Positions 1-12,130 of a stretch of DNA of 64,000 nucleotides are shown one piece after another (within the stretch, counting starts at the first letter, position 1; each line of letters opens with the position of its first letter). Under the pieces are notes generated by a model that was given only the letters and a program-made list of their open reading frames with translations, was not told the origin of the DNA and did no database searches. The position numbers were made by a program, and so were the translations under genes. The stretch comes from Octopus vulgaris (Eukaryota), in contig OX597821.1 in NCBI GenBank assembly GCA_951406725.2, positions 100,130,001 to 100,194,000 of the forward strand, in the 5' to 3' direction.

Positions 1-260
1 TAACTTGTTTGCCAACCACATGGTTTCGGGTTCAGTCCCACCGCGTGGCACCTTGGGCAAGTGTCTTCTACTATAACCTCGGACCGACCAAAGCCTTGTG
101 AGTAGATTTGGTAGATGGAAACTGAAAGAAGCCTGTCGTATATATATATATATATATACATGTTTGTCCCCCACGCCCCCGTAACTTAGCGGCTCGGCAA
201 AAGTGACCGATAGAATAAGTACTAGGCTAACAAAGTCTTGGGGGGCGATTTATTCGACTA
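1..260 (+). mobile_element. tRNA-derived SINE family A, partial (cut by window start)
   Basis: GGTTCAGTCCCACCGCGTGGCACCTTGGGCAAGTGTCTTCTACTATA...GGAAACTGAAAGAAGCC...GTAACTTAGCGG; the same sequence recurs more than 10 times in the window. Confidence 0.85.
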
Positions 261-484
261 AAGAATAAAATTGTTAATATAAAATTTAAAGAAAAGTAAT
301 TGCGAATTAGAATTGGAGGAGTTTATGAGGTTGGTAGGCTGAAATGTAAGGTGTTGTCTACAAACTTGATAAGATCTTTTGTATGCCGGGCACTGGCAAC
401 CTTTTTCGAGAAGCGGGCCGCATGAAACATGGATCATCATCAGGTGAATTGCACAGCTAAAAAGTTATTTATACGGTTTTACTA

Positions 485-700
485 TTTTTCTCTCATTTAC
501 TAGTTTCAGCTCGAGAGCTGTGGCCATGCTGGGGCATCGTCGTTAGTTTCACCACAATTCCATTACTTGAAACCTCCACTGATATGTGACTTTTGGTGAA
601 TTAGGGAGTTTGATGTTGCTGCTCTCATTTGCATTTCCTGCCGCGAGGTGGGTTCATCCGGAACTCTTGACAGGAGGAGATCCAGTTTTGTTTTGATCAT
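485..700 (-). mobile_element. 3' end of a CR1/L2-like LINE (ORF2 C-terminus and tail)
   Basis: Translates KTKLDLLLSRVPDEPTSRQEMQMRAATSNSLIHQ, followed by tail CCAGCATGGCCACAGCTCTCGAGCTGAAAC; homologous to 56733-56952. Confidence 0.65.
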
Positions 701-1047
701 CTTCCTTTCGGCGTGCCATTTATAAAGCCCCCCACCCATAAATGGTTTAAAGAGTCTCAAATAAGTTAGATAAAGCCTACTGATAAACTAAACCTTGAAA
801 TGTAAAAATGGTATTTAAACCGCAAGTAATGATATCTTATCTCTTATCTTTTATATTTTATTATTTACCTGTTGCAGTCATTGGATTGCGACCATACTAG
901 GGTACCAACTTGATGGGTCTTAGTCGAAGAGATCGACACTACTATTTCTTTTTTTAAATGACTGTACTTATTATTTCAGTCTCTTTAGATGACGAACTGC
1001 AAAGTTACTGGCATATAAACAAACCTACATACGCGCCTGCATACATA

Positions 1048-1308
1048 CAGTCGTGGCCAAAAATTTGGAACATTGAAAAAATAAAAAAATAAAATTGTTA
1101 TGCCCAATTAGAATTCACTTCAAATATATAGAACGTAGATATATACTTACCTAATAGCTGACCCAATGGTTCAGTATCTTCTGATTGAACCATTGGGTCA
1201 GTTATTAGGTAAGCATATCTCTACGTTGTATACATTTGAATGGAATTGTACACGGACATAACAATTTTAATTTTCCAAAAAGATGTTCCAAACTTTTGGC
1301 CATCACTG
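1048..1308. mobile_element. Tc1-type fold-back MITE
   Basis: TA|CAGTCGTGGCCAAAAATTTGGAACA ... TGTTCCAAACTTTTGGCCATCACTG|TA; the interior is also an imperfect palindrome centred near 1178. Confidence 0.85.
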
Positions 1309-1899
1309 TACACATACACGTACATATATATTTAAGAGCTACCTACGCAACGTTAAAATATGTGCAGGCTCTGTTCGTTTCTTAATGTAATTGTTTTCTC
1401 GAACTCAACAACAAACAAATCTTGGGATAAAACACACACACACACACACACACACAACCATACATACACACAGATGCATACATATATACTGGGATAGTGT
1501 ATATTACTCCGAAAGGAGGAGTATAAATCCGGTTTTTTAGTTTCTCTGGCGTTTACATTCCTCCCTGGATAGGACGCCAGTCCATCGCAAGATGACTTTT
1601 TACCAGCTGAGTGGACTGCAACATCGTAAAATGAAGTTTTTACTCAAGAAGACAACACATCGCTCGGTTCACAATTCTACGATCATGAGTCCAACACTCT
1701 AACCACTAAACCATGTGACCCCATACATATAATAATGTTTACGTTCTGAGTTTAAATTCCACCGAAGTCGACTTTCCCTTTCATTCTTTCCGGGTCGACA
1801 AAATAAGTAACAACAGAGTACTGGGGTGGATGTAATCTAATTACCCCTCCCATCAAATTTGCTGGCCCTGTGGTGCCAAAATTGGAAAGAATTTTTATT

Positions 1900-2790
1900 A
1901 TATCACTTCCACAATCAACACGTAGTTATAAAGCGTGTGAACAAGTTAGTAATAAGCAGAAATACTTCTGGTGACAGTTATGAAAACCGAATGTAAAGAT
2001 AGATTATCAAATTCGAAAAGGCATTAAAATATCTGTAACTTCTTCCATTTGTCTTGATCAGATTAGTGATATTACGTCAACGGCTCGGCAAGTTTTTATT
2101 ACACAATATTTTCCGGGCAATTCTAATCATAGCGAGTTGATTTAGTTAAAGGATTCGCCTCAAAGCATGCCAGGAAAAGACATACACGACTCAAAACAGT
2201 TTTGAGAAAAACACAGCTTTGTCAAAAATAACTTCGGTTACTACAAATGATATCCTTCATACAGTAGGGCGAAAAATGTTCATTTGTAAAGCAATTTACG
2301 GAAAAAGTCAGTCATCCTCTTGCTTCTTTCTGTTGCATTGTACATTAGGAAACATTCTGGACAAAGCTAGGTTTAAACGATTTCGGTATTCGGAAAAGAT
2401 TTGTGACGAATTTAATTTGATTTCTACCATGAGCGAGAATTTAATTTCTATTTAAACATAGGTGAATCAGCTTATAATGGTTTGCTAATGTACAACAATG
2501 TACGATGATTGAGGCAGGAACTTGGAAGGTTTGTACAGTGTTTAAGTGACTTTCCTTGTATGAAAAGCATGGAGCGTGATTGTCCGAAGCCGAATGGATT
2601 CATTTTGGAGTTACCGAACGCACATGTATACAAGTAATTGGGAATAAACAGTCAAATGAACTTCTGAGAATGTGGAATTGTATTTTCGAAAACTTTGGCG
2701 TGCTTAAAATTCTTGCAATAGCGCTCCTACTAATTTCCTGATCAATGTATTCATGTGATACGTAGTTCTCAAAACTAAACAACTAAAAAA
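1900..2790 (+). pseudogene. Degenerate hAT (Charlie/SPIN/GTF2IRD2-like) transposase
   Basis: Frameshifted pieces SICLDQISDITSTAR, SVTTNDILHTVGRK, HPLASFCCIVH*E and ESAYNGLLMYNNVR* match hAT motifs LDESTD, TTDGAPSM, HCIIHQE and VRWLS. Confidence 0.7.
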
Positions 2791-2844
2791 AAAAAAAATA
2801 TGAACAAGAGAACTATAAAGGATGATTTGAGAGAAAAAAAAAGT

Positions 2845-3240
2845 GACTCAGGTGTGGTTGTGTGGCAAAACGGTTGCTTCCCAAACACTTAGTTCCCGAT
2901 TCAGTCCTACTGCGTGGCACCTTGGGCAAGTGTCTACTACCAGAGCTTCGAGTTGACCAATGAATGTGAATGGATTTGGTAGACGGAAACTGAAAGAACA
3001 CACTGACGCACATACACACACATTCATATTGTGTGTGTGAGTGTATGTCCTCATGTCACCATCGCATGACAACCGGTGCTGATGTGATTATGTCCCTGTA
3101 ACTTAGCGGTTTGGCAACAGTAACCGATAGTGACGTTCTTTTTTATAAATAATTACTAGATCGATTTGTTCGACTAAAAATTGTTTAAGGTGGTGCCCCA
3201 GCTTGGTCTTACTTTAATGATTGAAACAGATAAAATATGA
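2845..3240 (+). mobile_element. SINE family A, diverged full-length copy
   Basis: Head GTGGTTGTGTGGCAAAACGGTTGCTTCCCAAAC..., central CCTTGGGCAAGTG, tail ...GATTGAAACAG. Confidence 0.8.
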
Positions 3241-3635
3241 AAGACAAATGATAAGAAAACACAGTGAAATTACCGTGGGGGAGCCGTGTCGAATATTCAG
3301 GAGAGAATAAAGATGACAAGAAGGAAATAACAGAAAGTCAGCCGAGTTTTATACTCTCAGAGTTTAAGTAACTTAGTTGTAATCAGTTTATCAAACATGG
3401 AGGAGGTAAATCTCTACTGTCTTTCTTTCCTTTCTTTTATCTTTACACTGAAGAAGAATTATATCTGAAACAATTTCCCTGTATTCTTTTTGTAGTTTTA
3501 GCTCGCAAAAGATACCAGAAAAGGCGCATTTAATTTCCGTGGATTTTGAAGTCAGAACGTTAAAAAATCGTAATAGAATATCGCAAGGCATAACATAACG
3601 CCCGGCATTTTTTTGATCTTACTCTCCATCGAGTG

Positions 3636-4210
3636 AAGGAGCGTGGCTTAGTGGTTTAGGTATTCGGCTCACGGCCGTAAGGTCGCGAGTTCCATTCATG
3701 GCGGCGCATTGTATCCTTGAACAAGACACTTTATTTCACGTTGCTCCAGTTCACTCAGCTGGTAAAAATGAGTTGTATATTTAGTTCAAATGGACCAGCC
3801 TTGTCATACTCTGCTTCATGCTATATATCCCTGAGAACTATCTTAAGGGCACGCGTGTCTGTTCGAAGGCGGCGAGCTGGCAGAATCGTTAGCACGCCGG
3901 GCGAAATGCTTAGAGGTATTTCGTCTGCCGTTACGTTCTGAGTTCAAATTCCGCCGTGGTCGTCTTTGCCTTTCATCCTTTCGAGGTCGATTAATTAAGT
4001 ACCAGTTACGCAATGCGGTCGATATAATCGACTTAATCCGCTTGTCTGTCCTTGTTTGTCCTCTCTGTGTTTAACCCCTTGTGGGTAGTAAAGAAATAGG
4101 TATGCGTGCCTGTGGTGTGCTCAGCCACTTGCACATTAATTTCACGAGCAGGCTGTTCTGTTGATCGGATCAATTGGAACTCTCGTCGACGTAACCAACA
4201 GAGTGCCAAA
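3636..4210 (+). mobile_element. SINE family C-like copy interrupted by a SINE B insertion
   Basis: tRNA-like head GGAGCGTGGCTTAGTGGT...GAGTTCCATTC; body resumes after 4101 with TGCTCAGCCACTTGCAC...CGTAACCAACAGAGTGCC. Confidence 0.8.
3868..4101 (+). mobile_element. SINE family B nested in SINE C
   Basis: GGCGGCGAGCTGGCAGAATCGTTAGCACGCCGGGCGAAATGC...GAGTTCAAATTCC...AAAGAAATAGG; approximate flanking duplication ACGCGTGTCTGT / ATGCGTGCCTGT. Confidence 0.85.
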
Positions 4211-5299
4211 ATATAACTCTCCACCGACCTCTCTAATAATTATTTCTGTTTGAATAGGTAGAAGGCTCTTTATATCTCTCCAAGATTTATAAACAATGTA
4301 AAACAAAATAATTTCAATCGGTGACTGAAACCATGTTTTTATCCCGCCTTAGTTGAGTCAGATGTCTTTCTGCAGATTTATCCATCAAATAATAATTTAC
4401 ATGGATCAAAACCACGCAAAGAGGTTTTGGCACTCGTGATTTGATAAAAAGAATTAGCGACATCAGTGAAATCAATTTTAACAGAGATTCGAAATGAAAT
4501 TCCCAGAGAAGTAATAATTAGACTTATGAATAATTCATCTCTTATGAATTATGCAATGCGTTTCCATTCCTCAATACAGCATTGCTTTGTGTAATAGTTC
4601 CCATTCCTCGCACCTGCAATGTTGCTTAGATTTGTAGGAGAGTGGAATGGAATCATATTATGTTGAAGCCTTGGCAATACAAGAGAAATATAATGACTAC
4701 ATTTGACGGTCGACGCATATCAATATTGGTTCATCGAGAACTTACTGTTAAGCGGTTCTGATTGCTATGTCAAAACTAAGCAGCGGCTCTCAGTTTTTCT
4801 CGTCCTCTTTTGTGGTAGTAGTAAAGATGAAACGAAACAGTACTTGTGCACTTCGCATAGGAAGTTTTAAAAAGGAAATTGGAAAATATATTGAAAACTA
4901 CAGCCTGTCTTGCTTTATTAATCATTTTTGCGTACAAATAAAAAAGTTATGTTGTTTTCAAGGTGTGCATTGCGTTTCCTAAAGCTTTAAATGCTACTAT
5001 TTAGAATTTGCAGCAAAGAGAACTGTTAGATCGTCGGAAAAATACTTTGCGACATTTTTTCCGACACTTTACGCTCGCAGTTCAAATTCTGCTGGGGTCG
5101 ACTTTGTCTTTTACTCTTTCATGGTCGATAAAATAAGTACAAGTTGAGCACTGGAGTCGATGTAATCGACTTACCCCCTCCCTTAAAATTTCAGGCCTTG
5201 TGCCAAAATTTGAGACCATTGTATAAAACAGATGAACTTCTGTAGTTTTAAGGTAACGAGAGAAACTACACTGTTCTCACCTGAAATATTACATATACT

Positions 5300-5881
5300 T
5301 TTCTACTCTAGGCATAAGGCCGACATGTTGGGTAGGGGGCCAGTCGATTAGGTCGACCCCAGTGCGTAACTGGTACTTAATTTATCGACCCCGAAAGGAT
5401 GAAAGGCAATGTCGACCTCGGCGGAATTTGAACTCAGAACGTAGTGGCAAACGAAATACCTATTTCTATTTCTTTACTACCCACAAGGGGCTAAACACAG
5501 AGAGGACAAACAAGGACAGACAAACGGATTAAGTCGATTAGATCAACCCCAGTGTGTAACTGGTACTTAATTTATCGACCCCGAAAGAATGAAAGGCAAT
5601 GTCGACCTCGGCGGAATTTGAACTCATTACGTAACGGCAAACGAAATACCTATTCCTTTACTACCCACAAGAGTTTAAACACAGGGAAGACAAACAAGGA
5701 CAGACAAACGGATTAAGTCGATTATATCGATCCCAGTGCGTAACTGGTATTTATTTAATCGACCCCGAAAGGATGAAAGGCAAAGTCGCCCTCGGCGGAA
5801 TTTGAACTCTGAACGTAACGGCAGACGAAATACTGCTAAGCATTTCGCCCGGCGTGCTAACATTTCTGCCAGCTCGCCGCC
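5300..5881 (-). mobile_element. SINE family B with about three tandem internal units
   Basis: One head (GGCGGCGAGCTGGCAG on the minus strand) followed by three copies of a ~180-bp unit containing TCGACCCCGAAAGGATGAAAGGCAA. Confidence 0.85.
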
Positions 5882-7088
5882 TTTGAAATATTATTTATTG
5901 ACAATGCCATGAATGGCTGCCAACATCTATGGGGCTATGAGACAATATTCTTACACAATGTCTATGATATTTCTTTTGGACAAGGAGGATTAAGTCGATT
6001 ATATCGATCCCAGTGCGTCGGTCAAAATGTTCAAGGCAGCGAGTTGGCAAAATAATTAATGCGTCGGACAAAATGTTCAGAGGCATTTCTTCTAGTTTTT
6101 TTTACGTTCTAATTCGAATCCCACCGAGATCAACTTTGTGTTTTATCATTTCGAAATCGATAAAACACAGTGCCGGTCAAATACTATGGTCGTTGTAATC
6201 GACTTACACTCGATCCCTAAAAATTGCTACCCTTGTGGCAAAACCTAAAGTCATTATTTCTTCTGGCTACATTTGTTATGAGGTCAACTTTGCCTTTCAT
6301 TTTTTGAGCTTCGATAAAGTTATGTGTGTGTGGGCGTGGGCGTGTGTTGAGGCGGCATGTAATCAGTTCACTTCCCAGAGTTCAGGCATTCTGTTTGTTA
6401 GAAACAATTGTTAGCTATCTTCTGTAACCTATATAACGATAAACTTAACTTCCACATCCATCAAATCACTGCCAGGGAATTTGTCTAGATTCAGGTTTCT
6501 TCTTGAACATTGCTTATTCTTCATGATTTTTCTATTACAATTCCATTAGGAAAAGAATAAAAATTAATGAAGGTTACGTGACTCATGCAAATTACTAATG
6601 TAGGAACTTCTCTCATTTTTCTTCTTCAATCAAATCGCAATTACCTTAAATGCTTGCTTCAGATAATCTTAATCGTAAATATTTAAACAAAATAACTATA
6701 CCAAGCCAAGAACAGGCAATCAAGGATTTAGTTTCGTTATAAAACCACTCTATTCTAGAAAATCTGGATCAGTATTGATTAAACAGGCACAAAAAAATGT
6801 TGTAGTAATCAGCTTAATTTCAAATGTTATTGTAAGCTCACAGTTTTTATTCCGATACATGTGGTTAACTTACAGAGTCAGTAGAGCTTCAAACAGAATG
6901 CTTCGCGACATTTGTTTCGACTCTCTGAGATCTGAGTTCGAATCCTTTTAAAATTGTGCATTGCAACCACGTGATTTTGGGTACAGTCTGACAGCGCAGT
7001 ACTTTGGGCACGTGTCATTAACTACAGTCCCAGTTTAAGTGAATTCGACGGAAACTGTGTTGAAGGCCGCTGTATATGTATAAATACA

Positions 7089-7262
7089 CGAGGAGGGTAG
7101 GATGAGAAGTTCCTAGCTTTAGCTAAAAGAAAATACAGTGGGATCAGTTAATTATGATTTTACTCAACGTATTCCCCTCTCAGTTTCACACACTCATTGC
7201 AGCGGTTCTTCAGTTTTTCTAAGCCTGTAAAAGAATTCGGAGGGTTGGACCTTTAAGCCAGG
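7089..7262 (-). mobile_element. Mariner 3' terminal fragment
   Basis: Minus strand encodes RCNECVKLRGEYVE*, like the mariner C-terminus RWxKCIxxxGxYVE; terminus resembles CGAGGGG...AAAGTTCC TIRs. Confidence 0.65.
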
Positions 7263-7460
7263 AGTTTTTTAGCACTTCTTCGTATATATGTGTGTCTTTT
7301 TTTGTCCCCCACTATCACTTGACAACCGGTGTCTTTTTTTTATCTCCATAACATAGCGGTTGAAACCGATAGAAAAGTGCCAAATTTAAAAAAAATAAGT
7401 ACTCGCGTCGGTCGATTTCTTTGACTAGCATGGTCGGAGTCCAATGACTAAAACAAGTAT

Positions 7461-7785
7461 AGGAGCACTCCATCGGTTACGACGACGAGGGTCCCAGCTG
7501 ATACGATCAACGGAACAGCTTGCTCGTGAAATTAACGTGCAAGTGACTGAGCAATCCACAGACACATGTACCCTTAACGTAGTTCTCAGGGAGATTCAGC
7601 GTGACAAAGAGTGTGACAAGGTCGGTCCTTTGAAATACAGGTACAACCCACTTTTGCCAGCTGAGTGGACTGAGCAACGTGAAATAAAGTGTCTTGCTCA
7701 AGGACACAACGCGTCGCCGGGAATTGAGCTCACGACCTTACCATCGTGAGCCGAATGCCCTAACCACTAAGCCACGTGCCTTCAC
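7461..7785 (-). mobile_element. SINE family C-like, full length
   Basis: Reverse complement has tRNA A/B-box head GGCACGTGGCTTAGTGGTTAGGGCATTCGGCTCACG, then CCTTGAGCAAGACAC core and the CGTAACCGATGGAGTGC tail. Confidence 0.85.
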
Positions 7786-7825
7786 ATATAGAAGATGAGA
7801 TAAAATGACATAAAAGGATTGATTA

Positions 7826-10452
7826 CACTAGGCAACAAAAGTTTTGCTACTATTAGACGAAATGGTGTTCAGAGGTAATTTGGAAGCGCTAATTCCGAAT
7901 CTGCAATTTTGCTCTAGCACGTCACGTTTTTGTGCTATCATTATTACACTGCTATCAAAATTACAATAATGTGAAAATTCACGACAAATAAAATTACCGT
8001 TATTTGGTGTAACAACAATAGCAACTAGGTGGACAAGTAGCTCTAAAACCAATAAAACACAAAACAAAAGTGTAAAGTAAATATTATTAATTCTATGTTT
8101 CTCAAAAATAGCTTTGGCATCTTCTACGTTTATGTTGCATGTCCGTTTCTCGTTTTAAAAACTAGCAGTAATCCGTCAGCATGTTTGGTGTAAGTCTGCC
8201 ACTGTAACGGCTTTGTAGCTCTTTGATTTCTTGATGAAATCGCTCACCATGCTCATCGCTTACATCACCCATATTGGGTAGAAAAAAGTCAAGATGAGAG
8301 TGAAGAAAATGAATTTTTAGAGGCATTCTTGCCCCAAGTTGCTTATAAGCTTTCAAAACGTCACTCACAATTGCAACGTAGATGATTTTTCATTTTCCCA
8401 AAAAGTTTTTGCAAGAGAAACAAACTTTTCCCAAGAAGCTTTCTCTACTGGGTTTAATTTTTCTTGAAAAAACTCATCCCAAATTAGTGTGCAAATTTCT
8501 GGTCCATTAAAAACACCAGCTTTGATCTTAGCATCACTCTTGCTAGAAACAAATTTTTCACTGAGATATTTGAATCCTTAACCGTCTTCATTGATGGCCT
8601 TAACAAAATTCTTAAACAAGCCAAGTTTAATGTGTTAGGGAAGAAGGTAAATTTTCTGAAGGTCAACTAGAGGAATATATTTAACGTTGTATCTCCCTGG
8701 AGTGAAACCACTTCTCTTTGGCCACTCTTTTTGACCGTAGTGATGCTTGTCATCTCTGCTGTTCCAAAGGCACAAAAAGCACTGATGCTTTGTATACCCC
8801 ATTTGCAACCCAAGAAGCCAACCAATAACTTTCAAGTCCCCGCATGTATTCACTTGTGCTCAGAATATTCAATCGAGTGCAAAATTTTATCAATTGATTC
8901 ATAAGTTTCTTTTAATCCTACAGCATATGCTAGTGGTTTTGAAGGTTTTTTATTGCCATTAGGCAGCAAAACAGCTTTTAGGCTTGCTTTACTGGAATCT
9001 ATGAAGAGTCTCCATTCTTCAGAATTATGGTCGTATCCAATCACACGTAGGAGTCCTGAAACACCACAACAAAAGCAAATACCGTCTTTCGCCGTAAAAC
9101 ATTCATGCAATTTTGTATGTCATTTTCGAAAATACGAGCATTTTACACTATCGTGTAAAAGATTCCATTGTTTTCAACCTGGGGCCCTGTAGTCCAGACT
9201 TTTCTTTTGTTAATCCCAAGTCTCTAACTAAATCATTTAACTCAAGTTGACTAAATAAATGAGTAAAATTTTTGAAGATCCTGGTTCGCCACAGTGATCT
9301 GCTGTATTACTCGGTACGCCTTCAACTGAAATAGATGCAATACTTTCTTTACTTAAACTATCTTTGTCAACAGATGAAGGCGGTTCTGGAATTGGAATAT
9401 TTTCAGTAGCATGAGCAACTGGTTTTAAAGCTGAAGGGCTATCTGGATAAACAATCTTGGATATTGTCTTCATAGAGAAACCTGTGATGTTAAGCAAAAG
9501 TAACAATCAGTATAGTGGTTTGTTGGTTCGCGCCATATCGTTGATACTGTAAATGGCACACTTTTACGTTTAACATTCAGCTATTGGATTAGTGCTATGT
9601 AGCAGTTTTTGCAATAAACATGTGGCGGTCACAGTTTATCTTGGTCCCCCACTTTGCAACCAAAGTAAGGCTTGCAAACATTTTAAAATTTCTTTGTAAG
9701 ATTATTTCTCTGCTCTTTTGGCGTAAATTTTCCACACACATAAGAAAAGCTGTCCGGGTGATTAACACAAACTTTTCTGCTCATCATAGATACATACAGT
9801 AATAGCCTAAAACAGCACTCAAGGAAGCCTATCAGTAAACTAAAATGTGAAATTAATCAACCTCAAATGTTACTGTAAAATATCAAAATATATTTTTCAA
9901 AAAAAAAAAAAAAAATCATTGAAATTATTATAGAATGTTCTGAAGCTATGGCTATCACGAAACAATTGTTTCCGTCTCTAAATTTCAAACATTGATCACT
10001 TCAATAGTTAACTAAACTTATCACTAAACTACTTTATATATAACCTGGCTCTCTTATTTGATGTACTTTGTTTTAACAGCACTAGCAGTTATCAAGAAAA
10101 GGGAGTCTGAGTGGCTTACTATAACCTAATACCAATAGCCTACTGTGAGGAGAACTTTACTATAATTACAGCGATAACAAAGTAAAATAAATCCTCATCT
10201 TGTGTGGCAATTTAACAGGTAGCCTACATTTGCCTCTATCAGCACTTATTTTTGTTTCAGTGATGAGTATATGAATGAAAATCGAAGGCCAATAGCCTAC
10301 AACTTTGTGAATATTATCATTTGGTTGGAAAATCTGATGGTGTGAATAACTAAAATAACTACACATGCTGTCTGAACACTGATGTCAGATTCGGATTCAG
10401 CACCCTAAAATTACCCTAAATCATCTGAAAAAATTTATTTTGTTGCCCAGTG
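7826..10452 (-). mobile_element. Chapaev3 (CMC superfamily) DNA transposon, full length, decayed
   Basis: TIRs CACTAGGCAACAAAA / TTTTGTTGCCCAGTG, 3-bp TSD TTA on both sides, subterminal inverted motif CCGAATCTG/CAGATTCGG, and an internal transposase. Confidence 0.9.
8105..9787 (-). pseudogene. Chapaev3 transposase with frameshifts and stops
   Basis: Motifs in order: CVNHPDSFSYVCG, YFGCKVGDQDK, IWREPTNHYTDCYFC, WRLFIDSSKASLKAVLL, CGDLKVIGWLLGLQMGYTKHQCFLCLWNSR, LKIHFLHSHLDFF, VSDEHGERFHQ. Confidence 0.9.
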
Positions 10453-11281
10453 TTATTGGTGCCAAATTTTGGCACAAGACCAGAAACTTCGGAGGAAGAT
10501 TAAAAAAAAAAACAAAAGGCAAAGTCGACGTGGGCGGAATTTGAACTGCGAGCGTAATGATGGACAAAATGCTGTTAAGTATTTTTTCGCGTCGTGCTAA
10601 CGATTCTGCCAGCTCGGTGATTTTAGTGTATGGGTTATTAAAACTTAGATGTATTAAAAGTTTCTTGATTACTAATCTAATGGTTGCTTTTCCCCTTTTG
10701 ATAACAATCACTCGGAATCTCTCACTACTTAAATAGCAAATAGCTTAAAAATCGCTCGGAAACTCTGAGTATCTTCTTCACTTAGAAACATTAAGTTCGG
10801 CAATAAATTTATTACAGAATGCAATTTATGGCCGGATATCATTTTTATTACACATGAAATGAAAAAAAAGTAACAAAAAAAAACAAGAAAATCCACGAAA
10901 TAGAGAAATGAATAAATAAATAAAACAAATGAAATCCGAACAAAAGTTGTATATTTTGGAATATATAAATGGAACAGAATATTGATTGATAATAATCATA
11001 TTATAAAAATTATATTAAAAATATAAAAAGAAAAATGATCTTGTGTGAATGTATAAATTTGATTTGTTTCTTGGGGAAAATATAATATTGAATAACTGAA
11101 TTGGGAATATGTTTTTATAGCATACTTGTAAATTTCTCAAACAAATTATTAGTTAGGCTTTGAAGACGAAAGCATCGACATTACGAATATTGAAAAATGA
11201 TGTTCATATTCTTGAGAAAGTTACATATATATGCGTGTGTGTACACGTTTGTGTTTATCTCTTTCGCTATCTTTCTCGCTC

Positions 11282-11322
<41 letters not shown>

Positions 11323-11602
11323 TTGTATACTTACAGGAAGTATATATGAAATAGATAGAGAGAGGGAGAGAGGGGGGGGGCTAAGGAGGGAGGTAAAGAA
11401 GCTGGATGGCTGGTTAAGATGCACACTGAAAGGGATCTTCAACAAATTCCATAGCTAAAGGTAGAATGAAAATTGCCTAAAAGAAATAACAGCTTCAAGG
11501 AACTCTTTAGATATGTAGTACGAAACTAAAATATCCTATTTTGAAAAACATTATGCATATGTGTGTGTGTGTGTGTGTGTAACATAAATAATATCTTATG
11601 TA

Positions 11603-11643
<41 letters not shown>

Positions 11644-11669
11644 GTATAATATATAATGCTTACACACAC

Positions 11670-12130
11670 ACATATAATATATATAAATATATATTGTATA
11701 TTATATATATATTGTATAATATATATATATATTGTATATCATATATATATATATATATACTTATATTGTATAATATATATACATATATTGTATAATATAT
11801 ATACATATATTGTATAATATATATATATATATACATATATTGTATAATATATATACGTATATAGTATAATATATATACATATATTGTATAATATATATAT
11901 ACATATATTGTATAATATATATATACATATATTGTATAATATATATATATACACACATATATTGTATAATATATATACATATATTGTATAATATACATAT
12001 ACATATATAGTATAATATACATATACATATATTGTATGATATATATATATATATGCATATATTGTATATTATATATACATATATTGTATATTATATATAC
12101 ATATATTGTATAATATATATACATATATAC
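11670..12130. repeat. AT-rich minisatellite, ~22-26 bp unit ATATATATACATATATTGTATA
   Basis: About 19 tandem units anchored by ATATTGTATA. Confidence 0.9.

Noticed and set aside
5300-5881. CRISPR-like or satellite array
   Set aside because: Eukaryotic context, no unique spacers; the units are SINE body duplications
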